From the IMG/VR virus record IMGVR_UViG_3300035661_004715, positions 1 to 38,711 of that record: a DNA stretch of 38,711 bases; one strand, written 5' to 3'. The translations under genes and the position numbers were made by a program. Origin of the DNA: a virus (Duplodnaviria > Caudoviricetes). The notes below the pieces were generated by a model. The model was not told the DNA's origin, made no database searches, and was given only the letters and a program-made list of their open reading frames with translations. How positions within the stretch are numbered: the first letter of the stretch is position 1; each line of letters begins with the position of its first letter. Below are positions 17,994-26,727 of the stretch, in pieces.

Positions 17994-19136
17994 CTACGAA
18001 GCCGACGTCTTAAGAACGACTGCTGCTGCCGGAAGCGCGATAGTCACCGCGTGGCGATGATTGTAGCGGAAGGCACTCTGGTTAGCGCGGAAGAGCGACT
18101 TGCCGCCGACCGTAGCATCCGTCGACTTCGCGACCTCCATAGGTCCACGGTCGCCGAAGGCGAGCGCGAGCTTGAGGTTGCCGAACACGGCGAACTTCTG
18201 GCTGATCGCAGAGCTTGAGAATGCTGGGAGAACGTCGGTCGTGTAGACCGGATACCCCAGAATCTCGCCTGACGGCTGGATGCCGTTCTGGCGGCGCTGA
18301 GACGCTAGGTTCGACTGACCGTACTCGAACACGCCGCTCGTAGAGCGAGCGCGGAGCTTCGCCCAGACGGTGCGGTGCATGTACCAAGCCGCATCTGCGA
18401 GCGCCGACGTATCGAGCGCCCCGATGGCGTCTGATGCTTCTGGAAGCGTGAGCTTGTCGAAGCCCGTGTTGCCAGTAGCCATCGTCTGAACGGTCACGTC
18501 GCTGGACGCGAGGAGACCGACGAATGGCGAGCCAGCGAACGTACCGCCGACAAAGCCTTCGCGGTCGATGCGGTAGGCGAGACCCTCGGATACGAGACCG
18601 AGGAGCCAGTCCGCTACGTTCACGTTGGCGTCGGACAACAGAATGTTGCTGACACGGATAATGGTCTGCCAGGTCTTGGTCTGGAGACGAGCGACGCCGA
18701 TGTCATTCTGCGTCTCGCCGGCTTCGGTGTCCTCGCCGTCGTACTCGCCCTGCATCGCCGCGCCGGTGTAGCGCGGGATCTCAAGCTCGCCGGTCGTAAC
18801 CGGGAAACGAGAGGCGTCACGGATCACGAGACCCGTGGTCGCCGCGATGCGCATGATCTCGCTGTGGACCTCTACCGGGATGAGGTAACCGCCGGTCTGG
18901 TCGCTAGAGCCGAGATAAGCGGCCTTCTCGCCGCGCGCGATGGCTGCAAGGTCCTGGGCGAAGGCGAGCTTGCGCTCACCATCGAGGCCATTGCCGTTGA
19001 GCTGAGCATCGAGGCGCGCTGCCCGGACCACTGTCTCAACCTTGTCGGCCACCTCCTTGCCGACGATCTCTTCGAGGTTCTTCTTGACGCTTTCGTCTAC
19101 AACACTGAACAGCTCCTTCTTGAGCGCTTCGTCCAT
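17994..19136 (-). CDS. HK97-fold major capsid protein
   Basis: GGYLIP, WYMH, ILGYPV and FGNLK motifs; SD AGGAG upstream. Confidence 0.92.
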   Translation of the reverse strand: MDEALKKELFSVVDESVKKNLEEIVGKEVADKVETVVRAARLDAQLNGNGLDGERKLAFAQDLAAIARGEKAAYLGSSDQTGGYLIPVEVHSEIMRIAATTGLVIRDASRFPVTTGELEIPRYTGAAMQGEYDGEDTEAGETQNDIGVARLQTKTWQTIIRVSNILLSDANVNVADWLLGLVSEGLAYRIDREGFVGGTFAGSPFVGLLASSDVTVQTMATGNTGFDKLTLPEASDAIGALDTSALADAAWYMHRTVWAKLRARSTSGVFEYGQSNLASQRRQNGIQPSGEILGYPVYTTDVLPAFSSSAISQKFAVFGNLKLALAFGDRGPMEVAKSTDATVGGKSLFRANQSAFRYNHRHAVTIALPAAAVVLKTSAS

Positions 19137-19148
19137 ATACTCCTAAAA

Positions 19149-20048
19149 TTATGTAGTAATTGCCGGGTGTAACTTGGTCTGAACTGCTTGGCGCGCCTCG
19201 GCTAATACGTCGCCAATTATGGTTGCAGCATCCTGGAGGGTCTTGCGGTTTGCATTGAATACCGCAAACGCCTTCTCCTCTTCGGTAGCTTCGGTAGCTT
19301 CGTCAGCCTCATCACCCTCCGGCTCCTTGGCTGTGATGCCGAGTGCCTCTAAGGCGAGGATCGCTGCTTTCAGGCTGTCGATGACGGGTGCGATCTGCTT
19401 CGTACTAAAACTGCGCTCCTCCACGGGCGCGGCTGCCTCAGTCACCACTACTTCGGCCGGAGCCTCCGCATCGGCTGCCGGCTCTTCCGCTGGTTCCGCC
19501 GTGCGCTCCACGAACATGAGCCCCTTCGTGACGAGCTCGTTGACGCTGAGCTCCTTTTCCATGGCGAGCGACAGCGCGTAGGGGTTGGCGGGAACGGAGA
19601 CGAAGGAGAACTCAAGGAGCTCCGCCTTCGTGATGAGGTTGCCCTCGCGCTCCTTCTCCAAGAAGCCAACCGACGTCGCGCGGATGATGCCGAAGTCGTA
19701 GAGCTTGCGTACCTCCTGGGCCTTGTCAGTCGGCGCAAACTTGCCCTTCGCGACCATCTTGCCATCGACGACCTCAACGCTTGTCGCCATGCCGATCGGC
19801 TGGTTGTGATCGTGGCCCCAAAGGACAACGGGATTGTTGAGGTAGTGCGTAAGGTCCCAACCATCGAGCTTGATGACCTCCTGGTAGCGGTCCAGGTTCT
19901 CCGTTGTGATGACGACTTCAAAGGTGCCGGTAGCAGCGTCTGCGGCAGCCTTAGTGTCCGCGAGTAGCTTTCGCACCTCCGCCGACTGGAACCGTTCGAC
20001 TATCTCTGCTGCAAGTTCCGCCCCAATACTCTTAAGCTCGTCTTTCAT
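19149..20048 (-). CDS. HK97 prohead protease with acidic C-terminal extension
   Basis: DRYQE, NPVVLWGHDH..PIG, SVGF and LLEFSFVSVPANP motifs; start re-called at MKDELK. Confidence 0.9.
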   Translation of the reverse strand: MKDELKSIGAELAAEIVERFQSAEVRKLLADTKAAADAATGTFEVVITTENLDRYQEVIKLDGWDLTHYLNNPVVLWGHDHNQPIGMATSVEVVDGKMVAKGKFAPTDKAQEVRKLYDFGIIRATSVGFLEKEREGNLITKAELLEFSFVSVPANPYALSLAMEKELSVNELVTKGLMFVERTAEPAEEPAADAEAPAEVVVTEAAAPVEERSFSTKQIAPVIDSLKAAILALEALGITAKEPEGDEADEATEATEEEKAFAVFNANRKTLQDAATIIGDVLAEARQAVQTKLHPAITT

Positions 20049-20179
20049 GACATGAAGTATACATGAGCAATTCCACGACTCCCGACGACAGGTGGAAAGC
20101 CCGCAGCGGCAAAATCGGCTATTGACTATCAAACTACCTCATCTCACTATTCTCACTATCTGAGGACAGGGAGGCCACA

Positions 20180-20575
20180 ATGGCTTCGATAGAGATCGAC
20201 TTCGACGTGTACAAAGCGCTCACGCTCCGGCGGGCGCACGAGGGCATGACTTACAACGACGTGCTGCGCGACCTTCTCGATCTGGGTGGCTCCAAGGTCG
20301 AGAGTGTTGCCACGCCGGCCACGGGCCCCGACTGCATCTTGCAAGGGATCGCCTTCCCCGAGGGGACGAAGTTTCGCGTCAGCTACAAGGGCCGAACATT
20401 CAACGCGGAGGTCAAGAAGGGCCAGTGGGTTGGCGAGGATGGCCAGGTCCGTCGCAGCCCCTCCGATGCGGCAAGCGCAATCACCCATACGAATGTGAAT
20501 GGCTGGCGCTTCTGGTCGTTCAAGCGGCCTTCGGACGGTCAATGGCGAAAGATGAGCGTCCTCCAAGCTGCCTGA
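20180..20575 (+). CDS. SeqA/RHH-like N-terminus plus RAMA (DUF4357-like) domain moron
   Basis: IEIDFDVYKAL..TYNDVLRDLL; SPSDAASAIT..NVNGWRFW; SD GGGAGG; opposite strand inside the head operon. Confidence 0.7.
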   Translation: MASIEIDFDVYKALTLRRAHEGMTYNDVLRDLLDLGGSKVESVATPATGPDCILQGIAFPEGTKFRVSYKGRTFNAEVKKGQWVGEDGQVRRSPSDAASAITHTNVNGWRFWSFKRPSDGQWRKMSVLQAA

Positions 20576-20580
20576 GACGA

Positions 20581-22665
20581 CTAGCCGATGCTGATCTCCG
20601 CCGGGCGGATGAAGCATCGGCAGTTCGTGTGCAGGGGCGGGACGTCGATGGCGCGGTAATCGAGAACAAGCTCCTTGCCCTCTGCCGTGAGGGTTTCGCC
20701 CTTGTTGAAGAAGACCTCGTTGATGCCGATCACCCGGCCATCCTGCGGGCCGCACCATGGACACACGCGCTCGTCCTCGGCTGTGTACCAGCGCATCGTC
20801 TTCACGACGCCGCTCTGTCGGAAAGCCTCTCGGCTGCCCTGGTTGGCTATGTAGAAGGATTCCGTGCGGGCGACGGCAGCTGCGCGCACGCTGTCTGAGT
20901 AGTCGTAGACCCGGTGAACGCGCTCCGTGAGGTCGTTCAGACCCTCGCCGCTCGCGATCCCGTCGTTCAGGGCCTTCTCTAGGAGCTTCGCCGTCGTCCG
21001 GTTGTAGGATTTCGCAAGCCGGCGCGCGGCCTGCTCAACGACTGTCCTGAGCGCGGGCAGTGAGGAGTCCAACGCGCCCGGGTAGCCCTGGTCGATGAAC
21101 TCCGCGATTGCCTGTTCGACCATGAGGCCCTTGAGGATCGGACCGATGAAATCGACGAGGAGCGAAACTTCGCCGTCCATGTCGAACAAGTCGCCCTGCT
21201 TGACGGCCTTGGTGATCTGCTTGAGCCGCTGCGTCACCTCACGCTTCTGGCGGCCGTTGAAGTCGCGCACCTTGTCGGCCACGAGCTTCTCATGGTCGCC
21301 GACCCGACCGACGAACGCCTTATGGCTGGCGGCGTCCGGGTCTTGGTGCGCGGTGGCGATCTCGACCGCGCGCGTCGCGATACTGCTCACCAAGCGTTCC
21401 AGCCTGGCCCCTGCCCTCGCCCTGGCCGGCATCGCCTTGGTTGGCTCGCCCTCATCCGTGTTGTCATTGGCCGGCGCTGGCGCGGGCTTCTCTGGGCTGC
21501 CCAGTGGAGTGAAAGTAGCGGAGCTGTTGACGACGTCACCGCCCTCTACAGGCGGAAGACCGACGGAAGCGCGAACCTCATTGACCGTCATGTAGGGCTG
21601 CTTGGCGAGGGCGATCTCGCGCTCCTTCAGCAGCAGATCCATGTTGACCGGGACGAACTCGTCGTATGCGAAATAATAGCGCCCGGTGCTGTCGAGCATC
21701 GGCGCAATGGTGGTGTTCAGGAAGGCCAGGAGGTCGTCAGCGATCGGCTTCAGGGTGTACTTGGCGTAGATGTACTCGCTCGCCTCGGCCGATGCCCGGT
21801 TCACCTCCGTGGTGAGCCCCACGAGGGTTTTAGGGACGCCGAAGCCGGCAAGTATCTTGTCGCGGTACCGGTCGTCAGTGGCCCCCATCTCCATCTCGGC
21901 CATGTTCGCGCCGGACTTGGAATACTTGCTGCCCTTGGGAAGCACACCGAGCTTGTGGGCGTTGGCAACGCCGACGTGATCGTTCTGCAGGCCGATCTTA
22001 ATGAGCTTGATGCGGGTCTCGGTCTCTTCGTCGGTCTCGATGAAGCCGCCAAAGGTCGCGCCGTTGACGAAGAAGCGGCTCAGGAACTCAGTCAGATACG
22101 AACTGGTATCCACCCATTTCGCGATCTTTTGGAGCTTTCCGGCGCCCCAGTAGGGCTTGGCAGGGTCGACATAACGGTCGTGCAGGACGTCCTTCGCCAG
22201 GATCGTCCGCTGCTGCGGTCCGTCGGAATATCGGAAGCCTACGAGCACCCCGCTTTCCACGATGGGAGCCATCTTGGTCGGGATTAGGGGCCGGAGTTTG
22301 CCACCTCCAAGGCGCTCCCAGAACGCGTTGCCGGTGAGCTCTTTGTACGCCGTGTTGAGGTAGACGAAGTCCTTACCAGTGAAGCCGGCGGCCGGACTTT
22401 CAAGGAAGGATACGAGAGGCCCATCGAAGACCTCCCTGTCGTCGCCAGCGGCCACGAACCGCATGACCTTGAGGCGAATGCTTGCCGCGGACTTCGCGTT
22501 TTTGTCCGTGGCTATGTAGACCCACTCCTTGTTCGCTTCGAGGAGATTGGCCGCGTTCACACCGTCCGCGTTTCCGCTGGTGACCGGATTCCATGTGCCC
22601 GGATAGCCCCCGTCCGCCCCTTTCTTTGCGCCCAGCCCTCGGAGGAGGGTGGTGAGGATATTCAT
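20581..22665 (-). CDS. Portal protein fused to a MuF/SPP1 gp7-like minor head domain
   Basis: Portal motifs LTGNAF, FFVNGA, ILAGFGVP, MTVNEVR..GLPPVEGGD; C-terminal ARTE, W.TAEDERVCPWC, PPLHTNCRC. Confidence 0.9.
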   Translation of the reverse strand: MNILTTLLRGLGAKKGADGGYPGTWNPVTSGNADGVNAANLLEANKEWVYIATDKNAKSAASIRLKVMRFVAAGDDREVFDGPLVSFLESPAAGFTGKDFVYLNTAYKELTGNAFWERLGGGKLRPLIPTKMAPIVESGVLVGFRYSDGPQQRTILAKDVLHDRYVDPAKPYWGAGKLQKIAKWVDTSSYLTEFLSRFFVNGATFGGFIETDEETETRIKLIKIGLQNDHVGVANAHKLGVLPKGSKYSKSGANMAEMEMGATDDRYRDKILAGFGVPKTLVGLTTEVNRASAEASEYIYAKYTLKPIADDLLAFLNTTIAPMLDSTGRYYFAYDEFVPVNMDLLLKEREIALAKQPYMTVNEVRASVGLPPVEGGDVVNSSATFTPLGSPEKPAPAPANDNTDEGEPTKAMPARARAGARLERLVSSIATRAVEIATAHQDPDAASHKAFVGRVGDHEKLVADKVRDFNGRQKREVTQRLKQITKAVKQGDLFDMDGEVSLLVDFIGPILKGLMVEQAIAEFIDQGYPGALDSSLPALRTVVEQAARRLAKSYNRTTAKLLEKALNDGIASGEGLNDLTERVHRVYDYSDSVRAAAVARTESFYIANQGSREAFRQSGVVKTMRWYTAEDERVCPWCGPQDGRVIGINEVFFNKGETLTAEGKELVLDYRAIDVPPLHTNCRCFIRPAEISIG

Positions 22666-22695
22666 GGCACTCAGTATACATCGCTGAATCCACGC

Positions 22696-23238
22696 TCAGC
22701 GGCGTGCCTTGCGACCTGTGGACGCCACGGGCGGTGCCAGCTTTGCGATCGTCGTGTCGATCATCTCGTAGTCGACCTGGGACCATTCCTCAGCGTCTTT
22801 GAAGTTCATCCAAGCCTTGTTCAGTTTAGGCCCGATGGCTCGGATTAGCAGCGCTTCGAGGTCGCCGATAGTCGTGTGGGTCTCTTCGGAAACCTCGCCC
22901 TCAAGCTCCAGCAGCGAAAGAACGCCGTCCGCCCCAGCCGCCCCGATCTGGTTGAAGCCGAACCAAGAGAAGCGGTCCCATTTCCCTTTCAGATTATCGC
23001 TCAAATGGTCCTTCAATCGAAGGCCAAGGCCCCGCTGCCTGGTGAGGCCTACGTAGCTCGGGCCATACTCGTCGTAGAGGATGTAGATGCCCTGCTGTTT
23101 CCGAAAATCGGCTACCTTGAGGGAGCCTCGGTTGGAACCGACCCTACCGAGTAAGCGGAACTCGCCCTTGTTTCCCTGGCCGGGCGACCACTCGATCTCC
23201 GCCTCTCGCCAAAAGAGGCCGTAGCTTGTTATCTTCAC
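22696..23238 (-). CDS. GIY-YIG nuclease family protein (moron)
   Basis: GIYILY...YVG, L..RL..H, WDRFSWF, LEALLI and N motifs; SD GGAGGG. Confidence 0.75.
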   Translation of the reverse strand: MKITSYGLFWREAEIEWSPGQGNKGEFRLLGRVGSNRGSLKVADFRKQQGIYILYDEYGPSYVGLTRQRGLGLRLKDHLSDNLKGKWDRFSWFGFNQIGAAGADGVLSLLELEGEVSEETHTTIGDLEALLIRAIGPKLNKAWMNFKDAEEWSQVDYEMIDTTIAKLAPPVASTGRKARR

Positions 23239-23303
23239 CGGTCACCCTCCATCCAAGCTTCACTCTAAGTGTTTCGTGGCATCGGGCAATCTGAGCGCCA
23301 CCT

Positions 23304-24677
23304 TTACAAGTCGAGGAAGACCACTCCGAGATTCTCGCCCTCGGTTGGCCGCGACAGCGTGAGTGCCAGCGCGTCGCCGACGTTCGGTGACGCTACGCCG
23401 CGCTTCTTCATGTCATCCTTGCTTTCGAGCTGGAGCTTGCCGGCCGACGTGATCTTGTATTTGGGCTGGGCCAGCTCGTAGAAGCCCTCGTGCTTTTCGA
23501 GGACCGCGTCCCGCAGCCAGTCCCGGACGTTCACCCAGCTCTCGATGCGGATGTTGATGTGCTCGGCTTCATTCCGGGCCTTGCTCGCGACGTTCACGCC
23601 GAACACGCGGTCTGCGATGTCCGGCTGCTCCCTGAGCCGGTCGAAGGTGCCGGCTCCCAGGCCGCCGGTGATGTCGATGAAGAGCCTGACCGTGGGGTTG
23701 GCGCGCAGGTAGATCGCGGACTTGCCCGCGAGCTCCATCGTGTTGTTGCCGTTGATGACCCACTCGACCTTCGCCCTGTTTCCGGTGCGGCGGACCAGGG
23801 CGCTGTCGTCATCGCCAAAGCGCGCCACGTCCAGGCCGGCAACGTCGTCATCCTGGTTGGTGAGCTCGCGGTCTGCATTGAAAGCGCCCTCCACCTGGTC
23901 GATGGAAATGAGGGTGTCTGACGAGCGCTGCGGGAAGTGCCCCAGCACGCGGACACGGTAAATGTCGCTGTCTTCGCCGTACTTCTTCCGGACCTCCTCC
24001 ACCCACTCCCACGTGACGAGACCGGGGATGACTTGGCGCTTGGCCTGCACGTTCGGCGTATCGAACGCGCTGATGTGAATCTTGCTGAAGGAGGGGTCTT
24101 TGAAGGCGTCGTAGAACGGCCCGCTGTTCTGCGTCGGGTTGCCGATGAGCACGAACCGCACGACGTGACCGCCGGCCATCGCACCCATGGCGGCTTCGTA
24201 GATCTTCGGAGATATGCCCGATGCTTCGTCGAAGATGACGAGCATGGATTTGGCGTGCCAACCCTGGAAGCCCTCCATGTTGTGCTCGTCGTTGGCGATG
24301 CCCAGCGCAAACCACGTCTCGTCGATGTCGAGCTTTGTCTTGAGGAGCTTGCCGCCTAGGGCGACCAGGGACTTCTGGTAGGCGTCACGCAGGTTTCGCC
24401 AGAACTGGTTCTCGATCTGCGTCCACGTCGGCGCAGTGTCGATGACTACGGCGTCGGGTCCGTAGGCATAGAGGAACCGCAGCGCCTCGCGCGCCATGTG
24501 GTAAGTCTTGCCGGAGCCGTTGTTGGAACGGATCGCGGTGTTCCGGTGATCCCGGATAGAGAGGCTGATCTCGAGCTGCTTCCCCCACGGCTCGTACCCG
24601 AGCACCTCGCGGTGGAAGAACGCCGGATCATCCCTGAACCGCTGCCGGAGCTTTTGCTCCTGGCTTGGCCTTTCCAT
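23304..24677 (-). CDS. terL: Terminase large subunit
   Basis: Walker A SNNGSGKT; Walker B VIFDEASG; GNPT; nuclease GLDVARFGDD; SPNVGDAL. Confidence 0.92.
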   Translation of the reverse strand: MERPSQEQKLRQRFRDDPAFFHREVLGYEPWGKQLEISLSIRDHRNTAIRSNNGSGKTYHMAREALRFLYAYGPDAVVIDTAPTWTQIENQFWRNLRDAYQKSLVALGGKLLKTKLDIDETWFALGIANDEHNMEGFQGWHAKSMLVIFDEASGISPKIYEAAMGAMAGGHVVRFVLIGNPTQNSGPFYDAFKDPSFSKIHISAFDTPNVQAKRQVIPGLVTWEWVEEVRKKYGEDSDIYRVRVLGHFPQRSSDTLISIDQVEGAFNADRELTNQDDDVAGLDVARFGDDDSALVRRTGNRAKVEWVINGNNTMELAGKSAIYLRANPTVRLFIDITGGLGAGTFDRLREQPDIADRVFGVNVASKARNEAEHINIRIESWVNVRDWLRDAVLEKHEGFYELAQPKYKITSAGKLQLESKDDMKKRGVASPNVGDALALTLSRPTEGENLGVVFLDL

Positions 24678-25023
24678 TGGCGATGGTGATTAGGTCGGCG
24701 AGCGTCTTCCCTCCGCTGGTGAGGTCCACCTTGTCGGTGATCTTGCCGTAGAGGCCGTTGCTGAGCTCCTGATAGTGGAAGAAGCTACCCTTCTTGATGG
24801 CTGCTTGAAGCGCTGATGCCTGAAGCAGCTCTTCGATCTCTTCGGGCTCCATGCCGTTAGCCGCCGCGAGCTTTCGCATGGCCTCCATGATGACCGTCTT
24901 GCGGTTACGGGTGCCGAGCTTCCGGCCCGCCGGATTGCCGCTCTGGCCTGGCTTCCACAGGATGAGGTTCTGCGGATTACCGCGCGGCTTGCTGTTCTTT
25001 TCTGTGTTCTTGGCCTCGGCCAT
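24628..25023 (-). CDS. terS: Terminase small subunit (DUF5681-like)
   Basis: WKPGQSGNPAGR motif; overlaps terL; ATG 8 nt after TGcTATAAT. Confidence 0.75.
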   Translation of the reverse strand: MAEAKNTEKNSKPRGNPQNLILWKPGQSGNPAGRKLGTRNRKTVIMEAMRKLAAANGMEPEEIEELLQASALQAAIKKGSFFHYQELSNGLYGKITDKVDLTSGGKTLADLITIANGKAKPGAKAPAAVQG

Positions 25024-25032
25024 ATCCAAAAA

Positions 25033-25257
25033 TTATAGCACTCGACGCCTCGCTAGGCGGAGCGTGGCGCGTCGATGCAGCTTCCTAACCCATAGGGAGA
25101 AGGAGGTCCAAAGAGTGGGCGGGAGGTGCGCCACCATCTGCCCTGACCTCATTCGATGCGCGAGCGTGTACATGTGCCGCGCATCCCAGCGCCGGCGGTT
25201 AGGGCGCTTGCGATCTATCCCCTGCTCTTTCACTAGGCGGGCAAACGCGGAGCTCAT
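25033..25257 (-). CDS. Basic hypothetical protein
   Basis: 74-aa ORF starting 2 nt after the upstream stop. Confidence 0.45.
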   Translation of the reverse strand: MSSAFARLVKEQGIDRKRPNRRRWDARHMYTLAHRMRSGQMVAHLPPTLWTSFSLWVRKLHRRATLRLARRRVL

Positions 25258-25259
25258 GG

Positions 25260-25388
25260 CTAGAAGATGATCGCGAGCCCGACGACTACGAATATTGCGA
25301 GCGGCACTACGCCGAAGAAGAAACCAAGCGTCTTGGCCGCGTCACGGCTGACCTGCTTACGCACATCAGCATATAGTTCCGGGTTCAT
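25260..25388 (-). CDS. 42-aa single-TM peptide, not in the ORF track
   Basis: MNPELYADVRKQVSRDAAKTLGFFFGVVPLAIFVVVGLAIIF; TGgTATAGT 8 nt upstream. Confidence 0.55.
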   Translation of the reverse strand: MNPELYADVRKQVSRDAAKTLGFFFGVVPLAIFVVVGLAIIF

Positions 25389-25433
25389 ATACCTGGACTA
25401 TACCACGCGCTGGTAGTGGTGGCTAACAGCCAG

Positions 25434-26444
25434 CTATTCGGCCGCCGGACGGAAATCGAGTGCCGACTGCGGGATATAGGCGTCCAGGTCCACGGCCTCC
25501 CCGGCGGCGACGCGGTCGTGAGCTTCCTTTAAGCGCTCGGGGCTCAGCCCCTTGGGCACGAAGCGGAAGACGCTGGCGGCGAGGTAGTCGAGACGTTCCT
25601 CGAACGCCATCCACTGCCGGCCTTCCGCCTCTGCAACCTGCCCTGTGGTGTTCGAGCCCGCGAATATATCGAGCACGACATCACCGGGATCAGTGAGGAA
25701 TCTGATGAAGAACTCAGGCAACTTTGCAGGGAAGCGAGCGGGGTGACGGTCTGCCCCCACTAGCTTGCAGCCGTTCACGTACGCTCCGTTGGACTCCGTG
25801 TTGGGTATTTGAAGGAGGTTCGACGGGATAGCCCCGCCGTTATCGGTAGCGAACCCGGCGCTGATGTCGTGGCCGGAGGGTCGGACCTTCGGGGTGTAGA
25901 ACTTCGCAGGGTCCTCAATGAGCTTCTTCATACGGTCGGAATACGGCGCGAGAACCTTGCTGACGTCGGCCTTCGGCCACTCAGTTTTCGAGAACCACCA
26001 GAGGTTATTTACGGAATCCTTTGCCCGGATTTTTCGCTTGTTCACCCACTCGATTGGGGACGGCAGCTTGGCCGGATTGTACCAATAGAAGTCCTCAGCC
26101 AAGAAGAATCCCAACTCATCGCAGAACCGTATGGGGATGCGCAGATGGTAGAGACTGCGAGCTGGCGTTCCCTTCTGATACGCACCGCCGACGTCCATGA
26201 CGAAGCTGCCGGTCGGCTTGAGCTTTGCGTGAACGAGCGCCGCGAAGTCCATCAGCCAATCAAGGTATTCGGCCTGATCCTTGTTGCCATATGCCTTCTG
26301 CCGTTGAAGAGCGAAGGGAGGCGACGTCATCACGAGGTCGAGGCTGTTGTCAGGTAGTTGGCGCAGCAGCTCACGAGAATCACCGCAGTAGGCGGCCCCG
26401 TTCCGGGTCGTGTAGGCGGGCGGCTGAAGCGTCATATTTGGCAA
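25434..26444 (-). CDS. pvuIIM: N4-cytosine DNA methyltransferase, M.PvuII-like (beta class)
   Basis: TSPPFALQR, KLPSPIEWVNKRKIR, HPARFPAKLPEFFIR and DIFAGSNTTG match M.PvuII as recalled; alternative ATG at 26435. Confidence 0.92.
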   Translation of the reverse strand: MPNMTLQPPAYTTRNGAAYCGDSRELLRQLPDNSLDLVMTSPPFALQRQKAYGNKDQAEYLDWLMDFAALVHAKLKPTGSFVMDVGGAYQKGTPARSLYHLRIPIRFCDELGFFLAEDFYWYNPAKLPSPIEWVNKRKIRAKDSVNNLWWFSKTEWPKADVSKVLAPYSDRMKKLIEDPAKFYTPKVRPSGHDISAGFATDNGGAIPSNLLQIPNTESNGAYVNGCKLVGADRHPARFPAKLPEFFIRFLTDPGDVVLDIFAGSNTTGQVAEAEGRQWMAFEERLDYLAASVFRFVPKGLSPERLKEAHDRVAAGEAVDLDAYIPQSALDFRPAAE

Positions 26445-26453
26445 TCCTAATCA

Positions 26454-26479
26454 CACTCATCGTGTGTAGACTCAAAGTG
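26454..26479 (+). promoter_or_regulatory. C-boxes (controller protein operator)
   Basis: CACTCATCGTG-TGTA-GACTCAAAGTG, close to the recalled PvuII operator GACTCATAGTC-TGTA-GACTCAAAGTC. Confidence 0.8.
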
Positions 26480-26502
26480 GTCAGCCATCAACCTCACGCA
26501 CC

Positions 26503-26727
26503 GTGACAAATGGCAAAACGTCGTCGATTCGCGAGACGCTCGCGGGGAATATGAGGCGGCTGCGGCTTGAGCGCCAGCTGAGCCAGGAGGCGCTTGCGGA
26601 TCGCGCCGGCATCCATCGGAACTACGTCGGCGGCGTCGAACGCGGCGAGCGGAACGTCGGCATCGACAACGTCGAGCGTATAGCCGGCGCACTTGGTGTA
26701 ACCGTTCCAGAACTGTTGGCCGGCTGA
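26503..26727 (+). CDS. pvuIIC: R-M controller (C) protein, XRE HTH
   Basis: LSQEALADRAGIHRNYVGGVERGERN; upstream of the endonuclease and divergent from the methylase. Confidence 0.88.
   Translation: MTNGKTSSIRETLAGNMRRLRLERQLSQEALADRAGIHRNYVGGVERGERNVGIDNVERIAGALGVTVPELLAG

Noticed and set aside
21292-22287. 331-aa plus-strand ORF
   Set aside because: Antisense shadow of the portal gene
22696-23238. Intron-encoded homing endonuclease
   Set aside because: The flanking terL and portal genes are intact, and there is no room for an intron core around the ORF
4764-25023. Gene transfer agent or stop-codon-recoded phage
   Set aside because: A linked integrase, excisionase and early genes argue against a GTA; genes are full length in the standard code and use all three stop codons
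26503-26727. Prophage CI/Cro repressor
   Set aside because: C-boxes and coupling to the endonuclease identify it as an R-M controller
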